From Scyliorhinus canicula (Eukaryota), in contig NW_024056036.1 of NCBI RefSeq assembly GCF_902713615.1, forward strand, positions 248,001-312,000: a stretch of DNA of 64,000 nucleotides. The letters are read 5' to 3'. A program made the position numbers and the translations under genes. The stretch's first letter is position 1. The number at the start of each line of letters is the position of its first letter. Positions 23,447-34,183 of this stretch are shown in pieces. The notes beneath the pieces are model-generated. The model saw only the letters and a list, made by a program, of their open reading frames with translations. It ran no database searches and had not been told where the DNA came from.

Positions 23447-23900
23447 ATTAAATCAGCTGTCCAGTGATCTACACTGCTGTCTGACTGTACACAGCCGGTG
23501 TTACTGAAAGTATTAAAGCAGCTGCCCAGTGATCTACACTGCTGTCTGACTTTACACAGCCGGTGTTACTGAAAGCATTAAAGCAGCTGCCCAGTGATCT
23601 ACACTGCTGTCTGACTGTACACAGCCGGTGTTACTGACAGTATTAAAGCAGCTGCCCAGTGGTCTACACTGCTGTCTGACTTTACACAGCCGGTGTTACT
23701 GAAAGTATTAAAGCAGCTGCCCAGTGATCTACACTGCTGTCTGACTGTACACAGCCGGTGTTACTGACAGTATTAAAGCAGCTGCCCAGTGATCTACACT
23801 GCTGTCTGACTGTACACAGCCGGTGTTACTGAAAGTATTAAAGCAGCTGCCCAGTGAGCTACATTGCTGTCTGACTGTACACAGCCCGTGTTACTGAAAG
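23447..23900 (+). repeat. 7 x 65-bp tandem minisatellite
   Basis: CAGCTG at 23454, 23519, 23584, 23649, 23714, 23779 and 23844 (exact 65-bp period); unit cagctgcccagtgatctacactgctgtctgactgtacacagccggtgttactgaaagtattaaag. Confidence 0.95.
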
Positions 23901-24075
23901 CTGATCAATGTGGAGAATCAGGACAGGATGGATGGAGAGGAAGAGGAGGAGGTGGGGGTGGTGCAGCCGAATGGAGGAGCCCCCAGCTCGGCTGTGGACA
24001 ACAGACAAGAGAAAGCTGAGCCTGAGCGGAATGTCATCCAGAGAAACATCGCCCGGCTTGGCCCGGAGTACCTGA

Positions 24076-26250
24076 ATGATCACTCATTCACCCTCACTCA
24101 CACTCACTCACCGTCACTCACACTCACTCACACTCACTCACACTCACTCACACTCACCCACACTCACTCACACTCACTCACTGTCACTCACACTCACTCA
24201 CTCTCACTCACCGTCACTCTCACTCACTCACACTCACTCACTGTCACTCACACTCACTCACGCTCACTCACCGTCACTCTCACTCACTCACACTCACTCA
24301 CTGTCACTCACACTCACTCACTCTCACTCACACTCACTCACCCCTGTTCACACTCACTCACAGTCACTCATACACACTGACTGATTAACCCATACTCATT
24401 TACCGACACTATGTCACAATCCCTCCCTCAATCATCCACCCTCGTGCATCCATACCCACTAACCCATATTCATTCACACACACACTCACCTATGAAAATC
24501 CTCAATCACCAACCCTCATTCCCTTACCCTCACTCACTCACAGTAATCCATCCGAACTAACTCACCCTCCCTCACCCACCTTGTCATCCACATTCACTTC
24601 CTCACCCTCACTCACCAACCCTCACCCAGCCTCACTCACCCACCCTCACTAACCAACCCTCACCCACCCTCACTAACCAACCCTCACCCACCCTCACTAA
24701 CCAACCCTCACCCAGCCTCACTCACCCACCCTCACTTACCAACCCTCACCCAGCCTCACTAGCCAACCCTCACCCACCCTCACTCACCCACCCTCACTAA
24801 CCAACCCTCACCCAGCCTCACTCACCCACCCTCACTACCCAACCATCACACAGCCTCACTCACCCACCCTCACTAAACAACCCTCACCCAGCCTCACTCA
24901 CCCACCCTCACTACCCAACCCTCACAGAGCCTCACTCACCCACCCTCACTAACCAACCCTCACCCAGCCTCACTCACCCACCCTCACTAGCCAACCCTCA
25001 CCCAACCTCACTCATCCACCCTCACTAACCAACCCTCACCCACCCTCACTAACCAACCCTCACCCACCCTCACTAACCAACCCTCACCCAGCCTCACTCA
25101 CCCACCCTCACTAACCAACGCTCACCCAGCGTCACTCACCCACCCTCACCCAGCCGCACTCACCCACCCTCACTAACCAACCCTCACCCAGCCTCACTCA
25201 CCCACCCTCACTAACCAACCCTCACCCAGCGTCACTCACCAACCCTCACCCAGCCTCACACACCCACACTCAATCACCCCACTCAAACTCACTCACCCTC
25301 ACTCACCAACCCTCACCCGCCATCACTCACTCACACTCACTCACCCACCCTCACTCACCAACCCTCACCCAGCCTCACTCACTCACACTCACTCACCCAC
25401 CCTCACACTCACCAACTCTCACTCACACTCACTCACACTTACACACACTCAACCAGCCCACTCACACTTACTCACTCACCCCCACTCACCCTCGCTCACC
25501 AACAATCACCCACCCTCATTCACTGTCATTCACTCGCCCACTCACTCTCTCACACTCATTCACCCACACTCAACCACCCCACTCTCACTCGCTCACCTTC
25601 ACTCACCAACCCTCACCCATCCTCATTCACTCTCACTCACTCACCCACCCTCACCCTCACTCACTCACACTCATTCACCCACACTCAACCACCCCACTCA
25701 CTCACTCATCCTCACTCACTGACTCACACTCACACACACTCACTCACCCACACTACTCACACTCAGTCACACTCACTCATCCTCACTCGCCAACCCTCAC
25801 CCCCTCTCTCGCACTCATTCACGCAACTACATTCACTCACTCCCACTCACCCTCACTCACCAACCCTCACTCACACTGACTCACACTCACTCACCCACAG
25901 CCAACCACCCCACTCAAACACTTTCAATCACTCACACTCACTCAACCACCCTTACTAATGGAAATCACCCAGTCCCTTCACTCAGCCACCGTCACTCACT
26001 CACACTCACTTATTCACTCACTCCACACAACCTAATTCACTCCCCTCACTCAACCAGTCCCACACGCCCAGCTTCGCTCACTTTTCATAACTCACGCACC
26101 CTCACTCACCCACACTCATTCGCTCACCCAATGTGATTCACTCACCCACACTCATTCACCCTCACTCATCCACCCTCATTCACTCAACCTCATTTACCCA
26201 CCCTCACTGAGCCTCACCTTCATTCACCCACCTTCACTCCCTCAGTATGC
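24076..26250. repeat. C/A-rich tandem array (30-bp cactca units, then ~38-bp ctcacccagcctcactcacccaccctcactaaccaacc units); G-rich on the minus strand
   Basis: Almost no G on the + strand; ~38-bp period visible at 24851/24889/24927/24965. Confidence 0.9.
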
Positions 26251-26404
26251 CTCACTCACGCATGCTCACTCACCCACTGTCACTCACTCTCCATCATTCA
26301 TCCACCCTCCCTCACTCACCCACCATTACTCACGCAGCCACATTCATAAACCTCAGATCACCCAAAATCTCACTCAACACCAAATCGCCCACTCATTTAT
26401 TTAC

Positions 26405-26662
26405 ATGCTGTGGAGATGCTGACGTTGGATTGGGTGAGCACAGTAAGAAACCTGACAACTCCAGGTTAAAGTCCAACAGGTTTGTTTGAAACACTAGCTT
26501 TCGGAGCACTGCTCCTTCCTCAGGTGAGTGAAGAGGTAGGTTCCAGAAATATATATACAGACAAAACTCTATATGTATGTTTCTGGAACATATCTTTTCC
26601 AGATGTTTGAAACAAACCTGTTGGACTTTAACCTGATGTTGTAAGACTTCTTACTGTGCTCA
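26405..26662. mobile_element. Foldback pair of Penelope termini
   Basis: ~26440-26492 is the reverse complement of ~26605-26657; inner inverted ttccagaaa/tttctggaa. Confidence 0.75.
26495..26523 (-). ncRNA. Minimal hammerhead ribozyme core (Penelope type)
   Basis: Minus strand reads CUGAGGA-A-GGAGC-AGU-GCUCC-GAAA-GC-UA, with a CAC/GUG stem I base. Confidence 0.68.
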
Positions 26663-27089
26663 TTTATTTTCAACCACCACCGTCGCCCATACATCCTCCC
26701 TTACTCACCAATCCATCCTCACTCATTTACAATCGCACACCCATCCTCATGCTCCACACTCATACGCGCCCACCATTGTTCATGCACACACACTGACACA
26801 CCCAGCCACCCTCTTCTCACTCCCGCCCTAATTCACACCCACGCTCGCTCACCCTCATTCACTTGTCCCCTTGCTCACTAAATGTGCGGGAGTTAGTCTG
26901 CAACGAGAGAGGAAGAGAGAATTGCAGCGAAGCGTGAGAGCCAGTGTGCACGAACGTGGGTGCCTGGTAAGGGAGCAGTGAGACCCAGGAGAAAGAGAAG
27001 AGAGCTGGAGGGAAGCGTCAGGGTCGGGGGTGGGGAGAATTGTAAAGAGGACGTGGGAAAATATCGAGGGAGAGGAACATGTCAAAGAG

Positions 27090-29770
27090 TCATGGAATAG
27101 AGCAGAGAGCCCTGGAAAGGGTAGAGAGATGGGGAAATGTGCGGGAAGCCTCGGAAAAGGCAGAGAGCTGTGGAAAACTGCGGGGAGCCTGAGAAAATAT
27201 AGAGAGTTGCGGAAAGGACAGGGAGCCTGGGAAAAGGCAGAGAGCTGGGGAAAAGCACAGGAAGCCTGGGAAAATATAGAGATCTGGGGAAAGGACAGGG
27301 AGCCTGGGAAAAGGCAGAGAGCTGGGGAAAAGCACAAGGAGCCTGGGAAAATATAGAGATCTGGGGAAAGGACAGGGAGCCTGGGAAAAGGCAGAGAGTT
27401 GGGGAAAAGCACAGGGGGACTGGGAAAAGGCAGCGATCTGGAGAAAGTACAGGGAGCCTGGGAAAAGGTAGAGAGCTAGGGGAAAGCACAGGGAGCCTGG
27501 GAAAAGGTAGAGAGCTGGGGAAAAGTACGGGGAGTCTGGGAAAAGGCAGAGAGCTGGGGAAAAGGGCAGGGAGTCTGGGAAAGGGCAGAGAGCGGGGGAA
27601 AGCACAGGGAACCAGGGAACAGGCAGGGAGCTGGGGAAGAGCACAGGAGCCTGGGAAAATGTATAGAGCTGTGGGAAAGCGCAGGGAGCCTGTGAAAAGG
27701 TAGAAAGCTGGGGAAAAGTGCGGGGAGTTTGGGAAAGGGCAGAGAGCGGAGGAAAGCACAGGGAGCCTGGGAAATGGTAGAGAGTTGGGGGAAAGCGCAG
27801 GGAGTCTGGGAAATGGTAGCGAGCTGGGGAAAAGCACAGGGAGCCTGGGAAAATATAGAGATCTGGGGAAAGCACAGGGAGCCTGGGAAAAGGTAGAGAG
27901 TTGGGGGAAAGCGCAGGGAGTCTGGGAAATGGTAGAGAGCTGGGGAAAAGCACAGGGAGCCTGGGAAAATATAGAGATCTGGGGAAAGGACAGGGAGCCT
28001 GGGAAAAGGCAGAGAGCTGGGGAAAAGCACAGGGAGCCTGGGAAAAGGCAGAGAGCCGGGGGAAAGCATAGTGAAGCCGGGAAAAGGTAGAGAGTTGGGG
28101 AAAAGCACAGGGAGACTGGGAAAAAGGCAGCGATCTGGAGAAAGTACAGGGAGCCTGGGAAAAGGTAGAGGTTTGGGGGAAAGCGCATAAATAAGCCTGG
28201 GAAAAGGTAGAAAGCTGGGAAAACGTGCGGGGAGCCTGGGAAAGGGTAGAAAGCTGGGGAAAAGTGCGGGGAGCCTGGGAAAAGGTAGAGAGCTGGGGAA
28301 AAGCACAGGGAGCCTGGGAAAAGGTAGAGAGCTAGGGGAAAGCACAGGAAGCCTGGAAAAGGTAGAGAGCTGGGGAAAAGGGCAGGGAGTCTGGGAAAGG
28401 GCAGAGAGTGGGGGAAAGCACAGGGAGCCAGGGAAAAGGCAGAGAGTGGGGGAAAGCACAGGGAGCCAGGGAACAGGCAGGGAGCTGGGGAAGAGCACAG
28501 GAGCCTGGGAAAATGTATAGAGCTGTGGGAAAGCGCAGGGAGCCTGTGAAAAGGTAGAAAGCTGGGGAAAAGTGCGGGGAGTCTGGGGAAAGGCAGAGAG
28601 TTGGGGGAAAGCGCAGGGAGTCTGGGAAAGGGCAGAGAGCGGGGGAAAGCACAGGGAGCCTGGGAAATGGTAGAGAGCTGGGGAAAGCACAGGGAGCCTG
28701 GGAAAAGGTAGAGAGCTGGGGGAAAGCGCAGGGAGCCTGGGAAAAGGCTGAGAGCTGGGGAAAAGCACAGGAAGCCTGTGAAAAGGTAGAGAGCTGGGGG
28801 AAAGCACAGGAAGCATGTGAAAAGGTAGAAAATTGGGGAACAGCACAGGAAGCCTGGGAGACGATATGGAAATGGGGGAAAGCACAGGGAGCCTGGGAAA
28901 AGATAGAGCTGTGGAAAAGCGCAGGGAGACTGGGAAAAGGTATAGAGCTGGGGAAAAGTGCAGGGAGCCTGGGAAAAGAAGGAGCTGGGGAAAAGCGCAG
29001 GGAGACTGGGAAAATGCATAGAGCTGGGGAAAAGTGCGGGGAGCCTGGGAAAAGGTAGAGAGATGGGGAAAAGCACAGGGAGCCTGGGAAAAGGTGGAGA
29101 GCTGGGGGGAAAGCGCAGGGAGCCTGGGAAAAGATGGAGCTGGGGAAAAGCACAGGGAGACTGGGAAAAGGCAGAGAGCTGGGGAAAAGCACAGGGAGCC
29201 TGGGAAAAGGTAGAGAGATGGGGAAAGCGCAGGGAGCCTCGGATACGGCAGCGAGCTGGGGTGGGGGGGGGGGGGGGGGGGTCGCATGGAGCCTGGGAAA
29301 TGGTATAAAGCTGGGTTAAAGTACAGGGAGCCTGGGAAAAGGCAGAGAGCTGGGGAAAAGCACAGGGAGCCTCGGAATGGGTAGCGAGCTGGCGGGGGCG
29401 GGGAGGGGGGGGGGGGTGCGGGAACACACGGAGCCTGGGAAATGGTATAAAGCTGGGTAAAGTGTAGGGAGCCTGGGAAATACGAGAGCTGAGTAGTGAG
29501 CAGGTGAGATGGGCAGAGAGCTGAGCGCAGACAGGGGAGAGAATCTGCAGGAACACGGGGAAAAGTGGTAATTGCTGGGCCAAAGCCAATAATCAGGGGG
29601 CAAAGTGCCATGTTCTGGGGAAAAGCACAAAGAGCAAGTGGAAAGTTCCAGAAGCTGAGGCAAAGAGCAAACAACCTGGAAAGGTGCAGCTGGGCAAATT
29701 ACAGAAGTGGAGGAAAGATCAGAGAGCTGGGAACAGCGCAGAGAGCTGGGAAAAGGACAGGAAGCTGGTT
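27090..29770 (+). repeat. G-skewed 39-bp tandem array (~60 units to ~29490, degenerate tail to ~29770); switch-region-like
   Basis: Consensus ggcagagagctggggaaaagcacagggagcctgggaaaa; 39-bp period (for example 27991/28030) and 13-aa periodicity in the minus-strand ORFs. The repeat is certain; a switch function is inference. Confidence 0.95.
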
Positions 29771-30440
29771 ATCACGGATACATGGAATGCGGAGTCCATC
29801 CCACAAACTGCTCCGCCATAATCATATTGAATGGTGCAGGAGACCTGAGGGACCGAATGGCCGCATCCCGCTTTTAATGTCCAGGGTCCTGTAATTGGAG
29901 AATTTTGGAGTTACTTGCACATGTGCTCAAACGTAGAATTTTATAGTCATTATTTAAATACCTGGAAGATTTTTCTGAAGCAAAGTCACGACTCCCTGTT
30001 TTGGGGAGTGGGGGTAGTGAGGTGGAGAGAGGGGGGACATCAGTCAGTTTGAACACAGGCAATTTCCAAACAGCAATGACCGAAATGAAGAGACAACTTC
30101 TTTATCACAAAGTGCTGTTGGTGGAAAAAACATTGGTGTCATAAATAATGGGGAAACCCTCCGCTCTGCTCATTGAAAGGAATGAATGGTACATTTTCAG
30201 ATGACACCATAATGCTAATTTCTGCAAGGTGTTAGAAATGGAGAAAGAGATGTGAGTTTCTAAAGAGGGAATAAACAAATGGTGATTCTCAAAAGTTAGA
30301 AGTAACAGATGCTCAAGTATGGATGCAGTTAATGCGAACGGTTTATGATAAATTTGTAACTTTATCCAAATTCTAAGTTGTATGATACCTTAATGACAAA
30401 TCCCAGAGTCTAACTTGTTCAATTGGCCATTCTCTCCCAG

Positions 30441-30737
30441 CGACACCGTCTCCGCCCACTCTCTACAGCCTGGTCTCCTGTCAGCAACACAACACCGGCG
30501 GCTCCGTCACCTACGGCTGTTTGGCAATGGACTACTCCCCAGAAATCACCAGCCTTACCTGGAAGAAAGATGGGCAGCTGATCAGCACTGGAGTTAAGGA
30601 ATACCCGTCAGCGAGAAACAAGAAGGGAACCTACACCCTGAGCAGCCAGTTAACCATCACCGAGTCAGAGGGGGTATGCAGCAAAATCAGCTGTGAGGTT
30701 CGACACAGCGGCTCAGACAAGAGCATTGGAATGACAT
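30441..30737 (+). CDS. IGHM: IgM CH1 exon ([45 protein letters not shown]...[18 protein letters not shown])
   Basis: Acceptor tctctcccag at 30440; C1-set Cys/Trp/Cys; phase-1 donor GTAAGT at 30738; in frame with JH. Confidence 0.95.
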
Positions 30738-30938
30738 GTAAGTGTTATGGAAACTGTGCGAAGCAGAACCGCTGTGATTACTTTATTTACACCTTTGGCT
30801 ATAACATATTTATGGTAAAGTGTGCCGTTCTGATTCCTGAGGAAAATATTGGCCGCAGAGAAACAGTTAAAATATAATAAATCATTTTATTTGTCACACC
30901 ATCTTCTGCAAGAAATGTCTAAATTGTGTTTCTTGAAG

Positions 30939-31247
30939 GCCCGCCTGGTGTCCCTCCACATGTTATCCTCACCGTGAGTTCCAGTGAAGAAATCACAAGA
31001 CAGAAATTTGCAACCATCGTCTGTTCAATTAACGATTTCCAGACAAATTCAATCACGATAAAGTGGCTGAAGAATGGACAACCCATGGCTTCAGGAATTG
31101 TCACCTCTCCCGCCTGTGAAGTGAACGGGAACTTCTCGGCGAGCAGTCGGCTGACAGTCTCCGCTGGGGAATGGTTCAGCAAAGCGGTCTATACCTGCCA
31201 GGTCACTCATCAAGAGGTCACCCAAAGTCACAACATCACCGCGTCTG
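30939..31247 (+). CDS. IGHM: IgM CH2 exon ([31 protein letters not shown]...[20 protein letters not shown])
   Basis: Acceptor ttgaag at 30938; Cys/Trp/Cys pattern; donor GTAAGA at 31248. Confidence 0.95.
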
Positions 31248-31878
31248 GTAAGAGACACAAACAGAGGAAACAATAAATCACCCTGCACTCTGATGTTAAT
31301 CCAAATCAGGAATTTATTAAAATCAGTACAAAGCACAGAATAACTTCTAATTTACTGCCATGTAGTTTGTGTTTCATTCTGATGTAAGAGCTGCATTTGG
31401 ATTGCTCACCATTCAGGATTTGATCAGCAGAGGAATAAATGTTTCCCTCTAATTTGAAGTCATTTAGTGAGTGAGGTGGATTTGATATCAGCCTTATCCT
31501 GAGACAGCTGATTATATTTGAGAGGCAGTGGGTGTCTGAACCCCTTTATTGATAACAGCTCCAAGGAAAATTGTTGGAAAGTTCATTCAACCTATTTATA
31601 AATCAGCCTTCCGTATTAGGTTTCCGAGATCAGGATTGGAATATTTGTATTGGGAATGCTGCAATACTCGTTCATTAGAATGCCATTGGTGCTGACTGTA
31701 TTTCACAATGAGAATCGTTTAAGATAACCAAACTGGTTTTCCATTGTGTACAGAAGATTAATGGCGATCATTAGAAGTTTCGAAGTTGATTTATTCCCAT
31801 TGAGTGAGTGAAGGCTGAATCCTTCTGTCCTGATTCTGAAGATGAAACTTGTGTTGATTTTCATGTTTTCATTCACAG

Positions 31879-32187
31879 ATCCTTCTGATTGTATTACCGC
31901 CTCAGTAACAATACTGCCACCACCAATAGAACAGGTCTTACTGGAGGCGACTGTCACCTTAACCTGCGTCATTTCGAATGGTCCTTATGGAGTCAACGTG
32001 TCCTGGAGTGAAGCGAAGAAGCCGCTGAAATCAGAGATTGCCGACCAGCCTGGGGCAGATACTGAGAGCGTGGTCAGCAAATTAAACATCTCGACACAAG
32101 CCTGGCTGAGTGGGGCTGTGTTTGACTGTGTGGCGAGCCATCAGGACCTGCCAACTCCTTTAAGAATTTCAATCCACAAAAAAATAG
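31879..32187 (+). CDS. IGHM: IgM CH3 exon ([31 protein letters not shown]...[22 protein letters not shown])
   Basis: Acceptor ttcacag at 31878; donor GTGAGC at 32188. Confidence 0.95.
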
Positions 32188-32399
32188 GTGAGCGGTGAAA
32201 CTGAAGCAATAAGTGAGTCATTGTGTCTATTTCTAGTGTCAGTGCAGCGGTCAGTATTTAGTATTCAGTGTATTTATGGTCCATTCTGATTGGCAATTCC
32301 ACGACTAAAATTTTTGGGCCTGTTGATCTTAAGGGGGAAATTGCTACGTAGATGAAGGAACAATGAATTAAAAGCAGTGATATGGGGTTTAGACGGAGC

Positions 32400-33900
32400 T
32401 AGACCAATGGCCACAAGACGTAGGAGCAGACGTAGGCCATTCAGCCCAACAACACTGATCCAGCCTTCAATGAGATCATAACTGATCTGATGTGATGATC
32501 TTCAACTCCTCTTTCCCGCCTTCTCCCGCAGTTACCAGACACCTAAACGACCCTCTTACGGACTGACCTCATTAACACTACACCTCTGTATGCTTCACCC
32601 GATGCCGGTGTTAAGTAGTTACATTGTGTACCTTATGTTGCCCTGTTATGTATTTTATTTTATTTCCCTTTCTTTTCATGTACTGAATGATCTGTTGAGC
32701 TGCTTGCAGAAAAATACTTTTCACTGTACCTCGGTACACGTGACAATAAACAAAATCCAATCCCATATCTCCCATTGGTTGAAAATATGTCTCTCTCAAC
32801 CTTGAACATACTGAACAACCCAGAATCTACAGCCCCCTGGGTTAAATCATTCTACAGCTCCCCGACGCTCTGAGAGAGGAAATTCCTTCTCATCTCTGTC
32901 TGAAATGGGCGAACATTGACTATGTGATCCTGCACTCTGGTCCGAGATGCTCCCACAAGGGAAAACAACCTCTCAGCGACTACACTCCGAAGCTCCCTGA
33001 GAATCTTTCATGTCTCAATTAGGCCGCCTTCATTCTTCTAAACTCCCATCAGTCCAGGCCCAGCCTACTTAACCTCTCCCCATAAGAAAATCCCTCCATA
33101 CTCGGGATCAACATCGTGATCCTTCTCTGGACTGCCTTCAAAACCAATCTGTCTTCCTTAGATAAGGGCACCAAAACTATTCAAAGTATATCAGGTGCAG
33201 ACTAACTAGTGCCTTGTATAGTTTTAGCTCGACTTCCCCATGTTTATATTCTATTACCTTTGAATTAAATGTCAACATTCAATTTGTCTCCATATTACCT
33301 GCAGAACTTGATTTGTGTGGTTTCTGCACGAGGATCCCCAATTCCCCCGTTACTTCAGCTTTCTCCAGTCTTTCTCCATCTGAATTATATTCCGTTATGT
33401 TCCTCCTCCTCCCAAAGTGTCTAACCTCACATTTTCCTACATTATGTTCCATCTGCCAAGTTTTTACTCAGTAACTAAAGCCCTCTCTGTCCCTCTCTAG
33501 ATTTTCTGTAACTTCACCACTTGCCTTTATATTTTTGTCATCTGCAGTCGTGGGAATAGTACATTCATTTATTAAACACAGTTTTGAAATTCATGTATAT
33601 TACATCTATTGCCCCCCCCCCCCCCCCCCCCCCTCCTCTCTAGCCTTCGCGTTATCACCTCGAATAAGGGCAATACATTTGTCAGGCATGATTTCCCCTT
33701 CACGAAGCCGTGCTGACTCTGTTTGATTATGTTATGTATTTCGAAATGCTCAGCTATTGGATCTGTTATAATGGACTCGAACCGTTTTCCACTGACAGAT
33801 GTTAACGTCCCTGGCCTATAGTTACCTGTTTTTGACACCCTCCCTTTTGAATAAGGGTGTCACATTGGCAGTTTTCTAATCCTCTTGGGGTAAGGTGGGA
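32400..33900. mobile_element. CH3-CH4 intron retroelement debris: Rex1 3' end (~32535-32765, +) and CR1 3'/RT fragments (-)
   Basis: 32535-32765 matches the Rex1 tail at 42540-42790 (gtgacaataaacaaaatccaatcc); minus-strand peptide GNYRPGTLTSVSGKRFESII...QHGFVKGKSCLTN. Confidence 0.75.
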
Positions 33901-34183
33901 GGAGCCTGGTTTGGAGTTTATACACCAGCACAGAACAGTTGGGCCGAATGGCCTGTTTCCCTGCTGTACACTTTCTGAAACTTTCGAATCCATAATCCGT
34001 AAATCCTCAGGGAAAAGGATTGTGTCCACCTCTGCTCCGAGCTGGGAACCCGGACAGATCCCAAAGTGGAAAATGGAAACCTTTAAAATCCAACACAAAA
34101 CACATTTCTCTCACATCTAACCCGCGGTTCCATTGTCTCCGGAATTCCCCATTTTATTGACATTTATTGTACATTTTCTGCAG

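Noticed and set aside
23447-23900. CRISPR-like appearance of the 65-bp array (also 35025-35560)
   Set aside because: The units are contiguous with no unique spacers, and the context is vertebrate with no cas genes.
26855-29674. Long minus-strand ORFs (835, 732, 287 and 286 aa) and + strand ORFs over the G-rich array
   Set aside because: They have 13-aa periodicity (FPSSLPFPRLPVL / CAFPQLSTFSQAP) because a 39-bp unit lacks stop codons; no protein-like features.
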